Positions 1 through 9,285 of a stretch of DNA of 64,000 bases are shown here, in pieces; position 1 is the first letter of the stretch, and the number at the start of each line of letters is the position of its first letter. Both the position numbers and the translations under genes were made by a program. The DNA is from a virus: positions 1-64,000 of IMG/VR virus record IMGVR_UViG_3300009506_000025, one strand, 5' to 3'. The notes under the pieces are model-generated. The model saw only the letters and a list, made by a program, of their open reading frames with translations, was not told the DNA's origin and searched no databases.

Positions 1-4
1 GCCG

Positions 5-748
5 TTGTGCGAGTGTGAGACGGAGGACGGGCGAAAGGTGTGGATGCCGAGGAAGCCTGGCATCCTGGAGGAGTCACCGCTGCCAGCAGGAAAACGGTTG
101 CCGTTGGAGGTGCAGTCGCTTGCCGAGTCTGGCATCAAGGTGATTCCCGAGGCGGAGTGGTCGGACGTTATCAGCGACCCGAACCGCACGCCTCCCAGGA
201 AGTACGTTAAGACAATATTCGATCAGAATGGATACGGTTCGTGTGCCTCGGAGTCTGTCACCGGCTCGATGGAGGCAAGACGCATTCAGGACGGGCAGGA
301 GCACGTCGTCCATAACCCACTGTTTATCTACCATACTGTTTCTGGCGGACGTGACCAGGGCAGCAGTTTGCCAGATAACATCGCCTTCATCCAAAAGTAC
401 GGATGTGCTTCCGAAGCAGTCTGGCCACGGTCCAAGGGATTCAAGGCAACCCCGAGCGATGCGGCCTACGAGGACGCCCTGTACTACCGCATGGCGGCGG
501 ACGGCGTGGTCGAGGTGAAGAACAAGCTGGAACTCGGCACGATGGTCTTGCTGGGCTACCCCGTGTACTTTGGCTATTCGGGGCACGCAATTTGGATGGC
601 AGACATTCTCTCGACCACTAAGGGAGTCTATTGCAACTCGTGGGGTAACTGGGGCGACGAGGGATTCGGCTCCATCTCGTTCAGTAGCGTCTACTACCAA
701 TATCGCTTGTTTGCCATGATCGCTGCTATCGACAAAGGGGGTGCGTGA
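5..748 (+). CDS. Papain-like (C1) cysteine protease, probably 5'-truncated
   Basis: DQNGYGSC (oxyanion Gln and catalytic Cys), GHAI (His), NSWG (Asn), WGDEGF. Confidence 0.85.
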   Translation: MCECETEDGRKVWMPRKPGILEESPLPAGKRLPLEVQSLAESGIKVIPEAEWSDVISDPNRTPPRKYVKTIFDQNGYGSCASESVTGSMEARRIQDGQEHVVHNPLFIYHTVSGGRDQGSSLPDNIAFIQKYGCASEAVWPRSKGFKATPSDAAYEDALYYRMAADGVVEVKNKLELGTMVLLGYPVYFGYSGHAIWMADILSTTKGVYCNSWGNWGDEGFGSISFSSVYYQYRLFAMIAAIDKGGA

Positions 749-852
749 TGGCTGATGACCGAGGATGGTGGTGGATCTGCCGAGAGTGCGGAAAACTGAA
801 CACGCACCCCGACCCGGTGTTTTGCAAAAGCTGTGGAGCACCGAAGAGGTAA
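748..852 (+). CDS. 34-aa RanBP2-like zinc-finger peptide
   Basis: MADDRGWWWICRECGKLNTHPDPVFCKSCGAPKR; TGATG-coupled to the protease; too short for the ORF track. Confidence 0.65.
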   Translation: MADDRGWWWICRECGKLNTHPDPVFCKSCGAPKR

Positions 853-856
853 ATCA

Positions 857-1039
857 ATGACTTACTGGAGAGTCGAGGTACAACAGATGATAGGAACGTG
901 CTATCTTGTTGAGGCTGACTCAGAAGATGACGCTGAATCCTTGGTGGAGGATGCGGGTGAACCATTGTCTGCGAGTTTCGATGTTCTCAGTACAGAATAC
1001 GGTGACATTCGTATAATCGGCGTGGAGCCGAATGAATGA
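857..1039 (+). CDS. Small acidic hypothetical protein
   Basis: MTYWRVEV...VEADSEDDA; GAGG upstream; in operon. Confidence 0.6.
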   Translation: MTYWRVEVQQMIGTCYLVEADSEDDAESLVEDAGEPLSASFDVLSTEYGDIRIIGVEPNE

Positions 1040-1146
1040 CCGCTGGTTACGGCCCAGCGGCCCAAGCCATTGCAGACCCCAAGCTGTAAGCAGGGGGAGA
1101 GTATAGTATGTTCCGTCTCGAAGTATAAAGCAAGAGGAGAAAATAG

Positions 1147-1569
1147 ATGCTTGAAACCATCCTACTTTCGCTAGCGTTGGGCGGCCCGCCCACCCCGCAC
1201 TTCGGCCCGCTGCCAGTCAAACTACCGACTCCGCACTTCGGCCCGCTGCCAGTGGTGAAGGTGGACCCGTTTGCTGAGGAGCCGCAGATTCACACAGGGA
1301 AGCCAACCGTAACGCCGAAGGTGGTCAATCACACTTCACACTCGCCGCACCTAGCAAACTGTGCCATGTGCTTAGGACAGCATCTCCGCAACGCCCACGG
1401 CGAGAGCAACGCCAAGCTCGATAATCTCGGCTATCAGAATTGGTGGACATATCATGCGAGTCTGCACAAGGGGGCGGCGTATGTGGCTCCGGTGCGTTCT
1501 TGCCCGACGTGCCAGGGGGGCAGTTGCCAGGTCGGCCCTTTGCGAAGGCTGTTTGGAGGATGGCGATGA
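1147..1569 (+). CDS. Exported Cys/His-rich protein with PTPHFGPLPV repeat
   Basis: GAGGAG SD; short signal-like N-terminus; CxxC...HxxxxH; C-terminal CPTCQGGSC..PLRRLFG. Confidence 0.75.
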   Translation: MLETILLSLALGGPPTPHFGPLPVKLPTPHFGPLPVVKVDPFAEEPQIHTGKPTVTPKVVNHTSHSPHLANCAMCLGQHLRNAHGESNAKLDNLGYQNWWTYHASLHKGAAYVAPVRSCPTCQGGSCQVGPLRRLFGGWR

Positions 1570-1669
1570 AGCTCTGGGCAATCAAGATGCTCTTTCTCTG
1601 GCGGTGGCGACTGGGCTACTGGGAGTGGGATGGGTTCAGGGCTGCCTGGAGAACTAAGCGGGGGAAACA

Positions 1670-1924
1670 GTGGTCTACGCCGTGATAGTGATCGACACTG
1701 GCGCAATCCTCTATCTGGGAGATTCCGATGATGAGGCTGGCGAGAGACTTTCTCGTGGTAGCGTATGGGGTAGCGGCATTACTGAGGAGCAGGCTCTGGA
1801 GGACGCCCAAAGGCAGCGGACGGATGCACTCGTGATCGAAGGGGGCTACGAGGTCGCGGATCACCTTTGGAGGAAGATGGCTCTCTGTCACTGCGACGGC
1901 AAGAATCACCGCAGAAGGAGTTAG
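1670..1924 (+). CDS. Hypothetical protein, paralog of 52694-53053
   Basis: 24/60 ungapped identity by eye with the minus-strand ORF. Confidence 0.75.
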   Translation: MVYAVIVIDTGAILYLGDSDDEAGERLSRGSVWGSGITEEQALEDAQRQRTDALVIEGGYEVADHLWRKMALCHCDGKNHRRRS

Positions 1925-2122
1925 TATTTGGCAAACCAAGAAGCACGGCCGGTGTCATACGGTGTAGCAGTAAACAGCCCTATACCGCTCAGTCGAAAGA
2001 CAGACACCGGCCGTGCTATTTGCGGCGGCGGCGTGGCGGGCACACGCGAAACACTACATGCCCAAGTCGGGAAGGCAATCCGACAGCAGGTTCGACTCCT
2101 GCCCGCCGCACTGGAGGAAACT

Positions 2123-2338
2123 ATGACAACGACAGCAAGCAGACGTGAAATGGTAGACGCCGCCTATCGTGCGTTCATTGAAGGCACGTATGCTCGTCTA
2201 CTTGGAGAGAAGTTGAGCGGCTGCCCTTATGCCGCTCGCACCCATGCCGCTGACAGTTGGGAGCTAGGATGGTTGCGTGTAGACGATTTTCCGAACATGA
2301 GCGAGTGGGACGAGCACGTTTACCGCACTGGAGGATGA
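2123..2338 (+). CDS. Ribosome modulation factor (Rmf)/CrpP-like small protein
   Basis: GGAGG SD; motif A..EG..A...G.....CPY........W..GW matches the Rmf core. Confidence 0.65.
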   Translation: MTTTASRREMVDAAYRAFIEGTYARLLGEKLSGCPYAARTHAADSWELGWLRVDDFPNMSEWDEHVYRTGG

Positions 2339-2339
2339 G

Positions 2340-2525
2340 ATGATAAGACGCATGATAGCTACGGCGTGTGCCGGCATGTTACTGTTGGCCATCGTCGCCG
2401 GATTTCTTCTGATTCCGGTCATGCTGCTGTTCTGGCCGCTGGGATGGATTGTTGTGCGGTTCGACATCTTCGGCCTGGGTGATTTGGTTAGAGACACCAC
2501 CCCGATGTATAAGCACCTACAATGA
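2340..2525 (+). CDS. Small membrane protein
   Basis: ~35-residue hydrophobic stretch; GGAGG upstream. Confidence 0.65.
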   Translation: MIRRMIATACAGMLLLAIVAGFLLIPVMLLFWPLGWIVVRFDIFGLGDLVRDTTPMYKHLQ

Positions 2526-2791
2526 TTGATGACGGACCCGATGCAATAGCGTCTGCACTGAGCACCTACGCAGATTCTCTGCTGTCTGGCGATGATGTGG
2601 ATCAGGTGCTCATGGAGCTTGCGGAGTACGTGATTGGACTAGTGAAGAAGCGGGAGATTGAGTGGGAGATTACGTTTCCTTTGAAGGCATATATCTCGGA
2701 GCAATTACTGTGCGATTGCTACGACGACTACGGGGAGCAACGCCTAGAGTTTCCTTGCGAGTGGTGCAAGATGGTGAAGGAGTGGAAATGA
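2522..2791 (+). CDS. Hypothetical protein with C-terminal Cys motifs
   Basis: ATGA overlaps on both sides; CDC...CEWC. Confidence 0.6.
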   Translation: MIDDGPDAIASALSTYADSLLSGDDVDQVLMELAEYVIGLVKKREIEWEITFPLKAYISEQLLCDCYDDYGEQRLEFPCEWCKMVKEWK

Positions 2792-3030
2792 CCGAGCCCA
2801 ACTGCCCGTTCTGTGGGGCGGAGTTTAGCCATTACACGGCCAACGGCTCAGGCACTCGTGTATGGAAGTGTGCGACGTGGGACAATGCCAGTAAAGGTCT
2901 CCCGCCCGAGCAGAGCATTACCTGCAAGCTGCGAAGTCTGGAGGCCGAGAACGAACGACTGCGGAAGGCGCTGAAGGCGATGGGGCCGCTGGCGAGCCCG
3001 ACGTGGCCGCGTGAAGAAGGAGAACGATGA
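2788..3030 (+). CDS. Zn-ribbon (CPFCG) plus coiled-coil small protein
   Basis: MTEPNCPFCG; LEAENERLRKAL; ATGA overlap. Confidence 0.65.
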   Translation: MTEPNCPFCGAEFSHYTANGSGTRVWKCATWDNASKGLPPEQSITCKLRSLEAENERLRKALKAMGPLASPTWPREEGER

Positions 3031-3086
3031 TCGATGAACCAGAGAGAAGACGGACGAAATAGCGGTTTCACTAATTGGAGGACGAG

Positions 3087-3329
3087 ATGAGTGAGTCAGA
3101 GCTATACCCCAATGTTCAAGCGTTAGCTCAAGGGTGTGTGAGTGGGCGTTTGAGTGAGTGGCCAGAACTGAGGCATGAAGCAGAGCGGCTGTTGAAGCAC
3201 TGCCAAATACTTGGGGCGGAGAACGATCGGCTGAAGGCGAAGAACGATCGGCTGAAGGCGAAGGTTGGCGAACTGAGGGAACGCCTGGGGCAGGCACTGA
3301 GATGTACCGGCCTGCACTTGCCGGGATAG
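3087..3329 (+). CDS. Coiled-coil hypothetical protein
   Basis: GGAGG SD; 21-bp tandem duplication at 3220-3261 encoding NDRLKAK x2. Confidence 0.6.
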   Translation: MSESELYPNVQALAQGCVSGRLSEWPELRHEAERLLKHCQILGAENDRLKAKNDRLKAKVGELRERLGQALRCTGLHLPG

Positions 3330-3348
3330 CCGCGCAAAGGAGGATGAG

Positions 3349-3585
3349 ATGGCTGACAAGCCGAGTAAGATTCTGCCGGACATGGGCGAGATCGACAAGC
3401 TGGTGGCGATGCTCCAGGATGCGGTATCCCAGTTCAACAAGACACGGGAGCAGTTGGAGCGGGCGCTGTACACGGTCCAGACTATGCTCGACCGCCTGGC
3501 GGCGATGGATGAGTTGAGGGCCTCGATTCAGCCACAGGGGCCGATAGAGGTGGTTGTTCCGCTCAAGTCTCAGTTACCCCGATAG
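3349..3585 (+). CDS. Coiled-coil hypothetical protein
   Basis: AGGAGG SD; helical composition. Confidence 0.7.
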   Translation: MADKPSKILPDMGEIDKLVAMLQDAVSQFNKTREQLERALYTVQTMLDRLAAMDELRASIQPQGPIEVVVPLKSQLPR

Positions 3586-3619
3586 TGGGGTACTTCTCCG
3601 GCTTCTCAGGAAAGTCGTC

Positions 3620-3648
3620 TGGACACCCCCCCTATCTGCCGGTAAAGT
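3620..3648 (+). promoter_or_regulatory. Candidate sigma70-type promoter
   Basis: TGGACA-N17-TAAAGT in an intergenic gap; same -10 as the candidate at 29653. Confidence 0.45.
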
Positions 3649-3688
3649 GAGCATTGATATCCACTCCCCGAGAAACGGAGAACCTCGG

Positions 3689-3943
3689 ATGAATGCTCTA
3701 GTTCTTCTGGCCGCCCTCTCGGCCGCCCCCTGCGAAGGCCCTCAGTGTGCCGTGTGTGACGCTCCGGCACTCCAGGGGTCGGAAACTAGCTGCCAGGCCG
3801 ACCGGCTCCCGGCGAGGCTCCTGCGGCCTCTCAGGGCCGTTCCATCGCGGGTGCTGGCCCGTCAACCGGTAAGATCGATGATTCAGCGCCGTCCTCTGCG
3901 GGGCCTGGTCCGCAGGATTCCTAGATGCCGCCGCTGCGGCTAA
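3689..3943 (+). CDS. Exported Cys/Arg-rich small protein
   Basis: GGAG SD; MNALVLLAALSAA signal; repeated P(L/V)R.L motifs. Confidence 0.7.
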   Translation: MNALVLLAALSAAPCEGPQCAVCDAPALQGSETSCQADRLPARLLRPLRAVPSRVLARQPVRSMIQRRPLRGLVRRIPRCRRCG

Positions 3944-4114
3944 TGCCACCGTGGAGGGCAAGGATGTTCCCCCACACCTGCCTGCCGTGCCGCCAGCCAT
4001 CCTGGATCTCCTGGCCAGGGTCCAGCGTCTTGAGGCTAGGATCGCGAGACTCGAATCCCGCAAGCTGAAGAGGCCAACGAAACGAAGTCCCAGGGAGGCT
4101 CTGGGGGGGAAAGA

Positions 4115-4441
4115 GTGAAACCGATCCACCTGGTCGTCATGCTTCTCAGCGCGGGAGGCATAGCCTTCGGGGAATCCTTCGCTCAGGTTACACCTCCTGA
4201 CGGCCTCGATCCTTGGCTCAAAGCGGGTGTGGCTGTCGTCTCTCTCGCGGCTCTTATCTGGGTCGTGCAGCATCTCCTTCGTTACACGATTCCAGAGCAA
4301 CAGAGGACGTTTCAACAAACCATGGACAAGATCTGTGAGAAATCGGAGCGGATTGACCTCCAGAACCGAGAGGCCCTCCACGAGATAACCGACAAGTGTG
4401 CCCAGACCCAACAGCGTTGGCTTGACCGTGCCAAGGAGTAG
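4115..4441 (+). CDS. Membrane protein, holin-like
   Basis: Two hydrophobic segments followed by a charged coiled-coil tail. Confidence 0.55.
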   Translation: MKPIHLVVMLLSAGGIAFGESFAQVTPPDGLDPWLKAGVAVVSLAALIWVVQHLLRYTIPEQQRTFQQTMDKICEKSERIDLQNREALHEITDKCAQTQQRWLDRAKE

Positions 4442-4444
4442 AAG

Positions 4445-6535
4445 ATGAAGCGGTTCTTTTTGCTTGCAGTTTTCTGCCTGACGGCGACAAGCGTCTCCGG
4501 GGCTGACCCGAGTTCGGGCGATCACCCTGAACGTGTGTTTTGGGTTGTTTCCAGCGATGTTCCAGAGTACGCGCGCCGCCCAGGGCCAAACGTGTGGCTC
4601 TGCGATCTTAAAGCAGATGATGTTCAGGTCCAGGCGGCGATCGACGCGGCTGAAGCTGTTGGATCTGGGGCCATGCCCGCTGAGGTACATTTTTCGAGCG
4701 GAAGGTATTCGTTCACGACGCCAATCTACGATGGCTACGCTTCTGGAGTCCCCGAGGGGACAGCGGGATGCTCTCTCATAGGCCACGGTTTCGTTCAGAT
4801 CGGTTGGGCTGGCGCCACACAGACTACCGACAAATTCCTAATCAACGTAGCCCCCTCTGATAGCCAACAGTACGGGCTGAGGATTGAAGGATTCAAGCTG
4901 TGGAGCAACGGTAAGATCAATGGAATGTTCATGCAGAATTGCGTGCGTGCTAGGGTCAGAGACATACTGTTTCTCGCCCCGCTCTCGATGGGCCTAGTGA
5001 CAAATGATTCCTGGACAGGCACCTATGACAATCTGCTTTTCACCTACGCAAAGGGACAAGCGATTGTTGCTATTGGTGCTAATGTGACCAGCTTTCGCAA
5101 TATATCGCTAGACTCTAACTGCGTGGACACAAACGTCCCATACCTTCGGGCCTACACGATGGATTCCAGCATCGTGAACGACTACCGGCTGCTGGAGACT
5201 GTCAGTGCAACCGGTGGAGAAACTGGAGTAGTCGTCGGGTGGAGCGACACGGTGCTATATGTCGCGCATGATGTAGACGACGACTTTGATGACGGAGATA
5301 GCGTGACGGGTGCTACGAGCAGTTTCTCTGAGACCGTGGACAACGACGCCAGCGAAACCCGAAACTGCGAAGCGGCCATATACATCCGCGGAGGAACCAC
5401 GGACATCAGTATGCTTAATTGGGAGCAATGCGACTTCAGCACAACCCATGATTGCCCGTTGCTCTTGGCGGAAGGAAGCAATGCCTCAATCAGAAACTTA
5501 CGGTTCGAGGTTGGCGCAACGTCGTCGGCGAATCGCCGTCTAACCTCGACTTGGGTGAACATTAGGAACATGCAGAATGCGGTGATTGAGAACGTGAAGG
5601 GCGCTGGAAACGGGGCACAGTTGGTAGAGTCGGTGAGCAACCTTGGTGGGGGGAGCAAGCAGGTAGACGGGATCTCGTCTACTCAATACGCCAGGCTCAA
5701 TGTAGGTGACATCATATACCTCTGGGAGGTCGATGGGAGCGACGATGATTTCACTGATGGACCGTACACCATTGCCTCCAAGGACGGTGCGGGGGTCGAT
5801 GCCTATCAGGTTACACTGGAGACAGATCCCGGCGGAACTGACGACAGAGACGGTGGCTCGTTCGCCTACCTTCTGAGTTTGGCAGATCGAGACAGCCCCG
5901 TAGATCTGATCAAATTGGAGAATGCGGATGGAGTTACTGTTCACAATCCCTGGGGTTATGGGTTCGGCAATAGCATAGTCAACATAGGTTCCGACTGTGA
6001 CCGCACAGTAGTAGTAAAGCCGTTTGAGCAGATGGTGGATACTTACCAGACCTACAGTGCCGAGTCTGGCTGGCTGTACCATTGCAAGCCAAGACAGATC
6101 GTGCTAAATGCTGGCACTCATACTACCATCATCAACCCCCAGACATTCAATGCCATAGTCGACCCCGGTGGCAACGCGCTAGTTTATGCTGGCAGCAACT
6201 ATGACGACGGGGACTTGTCGCAAGAGAACCAGAAGATCGGATTTGATGGGATTCAACTGGCTAGTGCGTCGCCGCTGGCCATAGGCACGGCATTTGGGCC
6301 ACACTACAGAATCTACCTGACTGGCAGCACTACACCGATTGCATCGATTACAGGCGGTTACTTGGGGCAGGTGATTACCCTGATTTCCTACGGGGCGTCT
6401 ATCACGTTGACCGATTCAGCCACGCTGAACGTGGGCGCTGGGGACTATGCAATACCACAGTATGGAGCTATCCAACTGATCTGCAACAATGCGGCTGGAA
6501 CTAGCTGGGAGGCTGTAGGAGTCAATGGGTTGTAG
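4445..6535 (+). CDS. Right-handed beta-helix (pectin lyase-like) tailspike/depolymerase-like protein with signal peptide
   Basis: DDVQVQAAIDAA...VHFSSGRY cap motif; Asn/Ile beta-helix repeats; N-terminus MKRFFLLAVFCLTATSVSGA. Confidence 0.75.
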   Translation: MKRFFLLAVFCLTATSVSGADPSSGDHPERVFWVVSSDVPEYARRPGPNVWLCDLKADDVQVQAAIDAAEAVGSGAMPAEVHFSSGRYSFTTPIYDGYASGVPEGTAGCSLIGHGFVQIGWAGATQTTDKFLINVAPSDSQQYGLRIEGFKLWSNGKINGMFMQNCVRARVRDILFLAPLSMGLVTNDSWTGTYDNLLFTYAKGQAIVAIGANVTSFRNISLDSNCVDTNVPYLRAYTMDSSIVNDYRLLETVSATGGETGVVVGWSDTVLYVAHDVDDDFDDGDSVTGATSSFSETVDNDASETRNCEAAIYIRGGTTDISMLNWEQCDFSTTHDCPLLLAEGSNASIRNLRFEVGATSSANRRLTSTWVNIRNMQNAVIENVKGAGNGAQLVESVSNLGGGSKQVDGISSTQYARLNVGDIIYLWEVDGSDDDFTDGPYTIASKDGAGVDAYQVTLETDPGGTDDRDGGSFAYLLSLADRDSPVDLIKLENADGVTVHNPWGYGFGNSIVNIGSDCDRTVVVKPFEQMVDTYQTYSAESGWLYHCKPRQIVLNAGTHTTIINPQTFNAIVDPGGNALVYAGSNYDDGDLSQENQKIGFDGIQLASASPLAIGTAFGPHYRIYLTGSTTPIASITGGYLGQVITLISYGASITLTDSATLNVGAGDYAIPQYGAIQLICNNAAGTSWEAVGVNGL

Positions 6536-6619
6536 ATGGCAAAGTTACTCGACTGGCTCACCGTTCTAGTTCTGCTCCTGGCGATTGGATGTGTATGGTT
6601 CCTCCTATTTCGAGGTTGA
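6536..6619 (+). CDS. 27-aa single-TM peptide
   Basis: MAKLLDWLTVLVLLLAIGCVWFLLFRG, starting right after the upstream stop. Confidence 0.5.
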   Translation: MAKLLDWLTVLVLLLAIGCVWFLLFRG

Positions 6620-6625
6620 CGATGA

Positions 6626-7264
6626 ATGGAATTGCTCGTCAGAGAGATCAATTCGGTTGACGATTTGGCAGCCGTTTACGGCTTGACTTACCGTGAGTAT
6701 GTCCAACTCAACTATATCCAACCAAATCCAACTCGTAAGTTCCGGCAGTATTACAGACTCGACAAGTACAGTGGGACAACGGTGTTCGGGGCGTACCTAG
6801 ACGGCAGCTTGGTAGGAACGAACTCATTGACGGTGGACGGCCAGATGGGTTTGCACGTGGACCACGATTTTCCGGATACAGTTGGACGTATTCGCAGGTG
6901 GTGCCGGTCACGGGGCATGGACCTGGGTGCCTCCTGGAGGATCGTGACGGACAGTAGTGTGCGAAACAACTTTCGGATTCTTGTAGAACTGGTTCGAGCT
7001 ACGATACGCAAGGGATGCCAACTTGGTCTGCACGTTACGCTGTACTCGTTCCATCCGAGGCACGAGAAAACCTACCGACGTTTTCTTGGTCTCCAGACCA
7101 TAGCTCGTGATGTGTGTCGTGCGGCTGGCGGAGCACCGGCGGTTCTGATGTATGGAGACAGCCGGATAATCCTCAGTCATTGCCCTCAGTTGCGTCAACC
7201 TTGCTTCGGAAAATGTAAGCCTCCGATCTGGCCCGCGTTGGCCGGACAGTGGAAAGGAGAATGA
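6626..7264 (+). CDS. GNAT-fold N-acyl amino acid synthase (FeeM-like) acyltransferase
   Basis: DL.AVY.L.Y.EY...GY-like start; F.A..DG.LVGT.SLT.DG..GL..D..F; HPRH...YRR.LG. Confidence 0.7.
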   Translation: MELLVREINSVDDLAAVYGLTYREYVQLNYIQPNPTRKFRQYYRLDKYSGTTVFGAYLDGSLVGTNSLTVDGQMGLHVDHDFPDTVGRIRRWCRSRGMDLGASWRIVTDSSVRNNFRILVELVRATIRKGCQLGLHVTLYSFHPRHEKTYRRFLGLQTIARDVCRAAGGAPAVLMYGDSRIILSHCPQLRQPCFGKCKPPIWPALAGQWKGE

Positions 7265-7268
7265 ACAG

Positions 7269-7664
7269 ATGGATACAGCGATTCTAAAAACTGAATTGTT
7301 AACCGACCCGCTGAGCCGTGGGTATTCGGGAATGTCAGATGTGGCAGCGGCGGCTGACCTAAACACGGTATATCGCCAGATCAACAAAGTGAGCATGACT
7401 GGAAGTGAAGTGCTCAATGCCCTGGACACTACGGAGGTGCTGGCACTGACCGACGCCCAGCGGCAACGGATGTGGAATGTACTCCACTTGGGAACGATCA
7501 ATCCGTTCGGGATGGAAGCGTCAATTTTTATCGATGTTTTCGGTGGCGGCTCCAATTCTATTTCGGCATTGCAAGTCGCTCGAAAGACCGATGTAAGCCG
7601 AGGCGTTGAACTCGGTTTAGGTAACGTTCGTGAGGGTGAAGTTGCTGAAGCAAGGAGATCGTAA
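7269..7664 (+). CDS. Conserved-looking phage hypothetical (virion-associated?)
   Basis: AAGGAG SD; LKTEL..DP..RGY...SR..ELGLG.V; precedes the LamG gene. Confidence 0.75.
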   Translation: MDTAILKTELLTDPLSRGYSGMSDVAAAADLNTVYRQINKVSMTGSEVLNALDTTEVLALTDAQRQRMWNVLHLGTINPFGMEASIFIDVFGGGSNSISALQVARKTDVSRGVELGLGNVREGEVAEARRS

Positions 7665-7666
7665 CG

Positions 7667-8158
7667 ATGGCTAACAAAATCTACGTCGCCCGTGAAACCC
7701 CCACCGTGTGGAGCGACACGGCTGGTGATAAGGTAATGACCCTAAACAATCTGGCTGCTGGTGCGGCAAGGATTGGAGCCCAGTTGGATCTGGGTGCTGG
7801 GTCGGTGTCGGAGTGGTATTCCTGGCGACTAACCGTTCAGTTCAATGCGGCACCTACAGCAGTTGGTGAGACCGTCGAGATTTATCTATCGACCTCGGAC
7901 GGAAGCGAAGAGGATGGGCAGGAAGGTACAGCAGATGCCGCTTTGGGATCGGCCAACTCACTAAAGAACATGCACCTTATTGGGGTTCTCGTGACGACTA
8001 GCACCGATGCTTCGCACGACATGACGGCTAGCGGTATTTGCCGTATTTCGTCACGCTATGTTTGCCCGGTGATCTATAACAACGCTTCACAGGCATTGAA
8101 GGCAACCAACGATACTAGTGAGTTCACTTTAACGCCGATTCCGTCTGAAGTGCAGTAG
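7667..8158 (+). CDS. Beta-rich putative virion protein
   Basis: AGGAG SD; Ala/Thr/Gly-rich beta composition. Confidence 0.75.
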   Translation: MANKIYVARETPTVWSDTAGDKVMTLNNLAAGAARIGAQLDLGAGSVSEWYSWRLTVQFNAAPTAVGETVEIYLSTSDGSEEDGQEGTADAALGSANSLKNMHLIGVLVTTSTDASHDMTASGICRISSRYVCPVIYNNASQALKATNDTSEFTLTPIPSEVQ

Positions 8159-8160
8159 TA

Positions 8161-9285
8161 ATGTACTTTCCGTCGTTCAATGAAATTCTGTCTGTCGCAT
8201 ACAGTCGTGGTGCAGCTTCTGAGGCACCTGGGCTGTGGAAGGGCCTCGTCGGTGCGTGGCCATTGCAGGAGGGCGGAGGGACAGCCGCATTTGATGTTAG
8301 CGGGTTCAGCAAGAATGGCACGCTGACGAACATGGAGCCGGCGACCGACTGGCAAGCCAGCCCCGTCGGTTATTGCCTGGAGTTTGACGGTAGTAACGAA
8401 TCGGTGTTGGCAGATGCAGTTACTCCCATCGGCACAGGAAGTTTTTCGGTAAGTGCTTGGGTGAACCTGGACGTTGGCGTTAGCAACGCTAGTGCGGCGA
8501 TAGTGTCTCAAGGAGACCTCGGCAGTGACGAGTGGATGTTCCGTGTCTCTGCTGCGGACAGTGCTAATGCTAAACTGCAACTATACGGTGCTGCTGGTCA
8601 AATAAACCCAACTCAGACTACTGGGGAGTTCGTCCAATACAAGGGTTCGTGGGTGCATGTCGTTGCCGTTAGAGATGCTCCAAGCACTGATGCAATCATT
8701 TATATCAACGGCGTAGAAGTTGGTAGAGATGACGTTGCATCGTATAATCTCTCGACCACTAAACAGATCCAGATCGGATGCGCCGATAGTACAGCGGGTC
8801 GTTGGTGGGAGGGGAAGATCACAAATGTTGCATTCTGGCATCGCACTATTCTACCTGGAGAAATCGTCGAACTCTACGTCGACCCCTGGGCGATGTATAG
8901 GCAGCGGAGACGGACGTCATTCCGGGGGGTAACGATCATTGAGGGGACAGTCTGCTGGGGGCACGATACTGCCGTCGAGGAAGACAACACCCGCGACTTT
9001 ACCGGGGACTGGACAGGCACAGGGTCGATTTCGGGTGCCGGTGACGCTGAACAGATTGATCTGGACGATGGAGAAACCATGGAGACCAGCCCGGTAGTTC
9101 ATACCGGCGCTGTCACCGTGACGATCCAAAAGAACAAATACGGCAGCGGCGATGCGGAGGTAGTGGTCAATTATCGCCACGGCGCAACGGTTGCCGCCTG
9201 CCAAGCGGCAGCATGGAACGAATACGCCGCTCCTTTCGTGTCCGCAGGTTACGTTCAGGTGCAGGTGGAGAACGAAGTTGCATGA
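8161..9285 (+). CDS. LamG/concanavalin A-like lectin domain protein
   Basis: [45 protein letters not shown]...EI..LY. Confidence 0.85.
   Translation: MYFPSFNEILSVAYSRGAASEAPGLWKGLVGAWPLQEGGGTAAFDVSGFSKNGTLTNMEPATDWQASPVGYCLEFDGSNESVLADAVTPIGTGSFSVSAWVNLDVGVSNASAAIVSQGDLGSDEWMFRVSAADSANAKLQLYGAAGQINPTQTTGEFVQYKGSWVHVVAVRDAPSTDAIIYINGVEVGRDDVASYNLSTTKQIQIGCADSTAGRWWEGKITNVAFWHRTILPGEIVELYVDPWAMYRQRRRTSFRGVTIIEGTVCWGHDTAVEEDNTRDFTGDWTGTGSISGAGDAEQIDLDDGETMETSPVVHTGAVTVTIQKNKYGSGDAEVVVNYRHGATVAACQAAAWNEYAAPFVSAGYVQVQVENEVA

Noticed and set aside
3220-3261. 21-bp tandem duplication
   Set aside because: A simple heptad expansion in a coiled coil; common.
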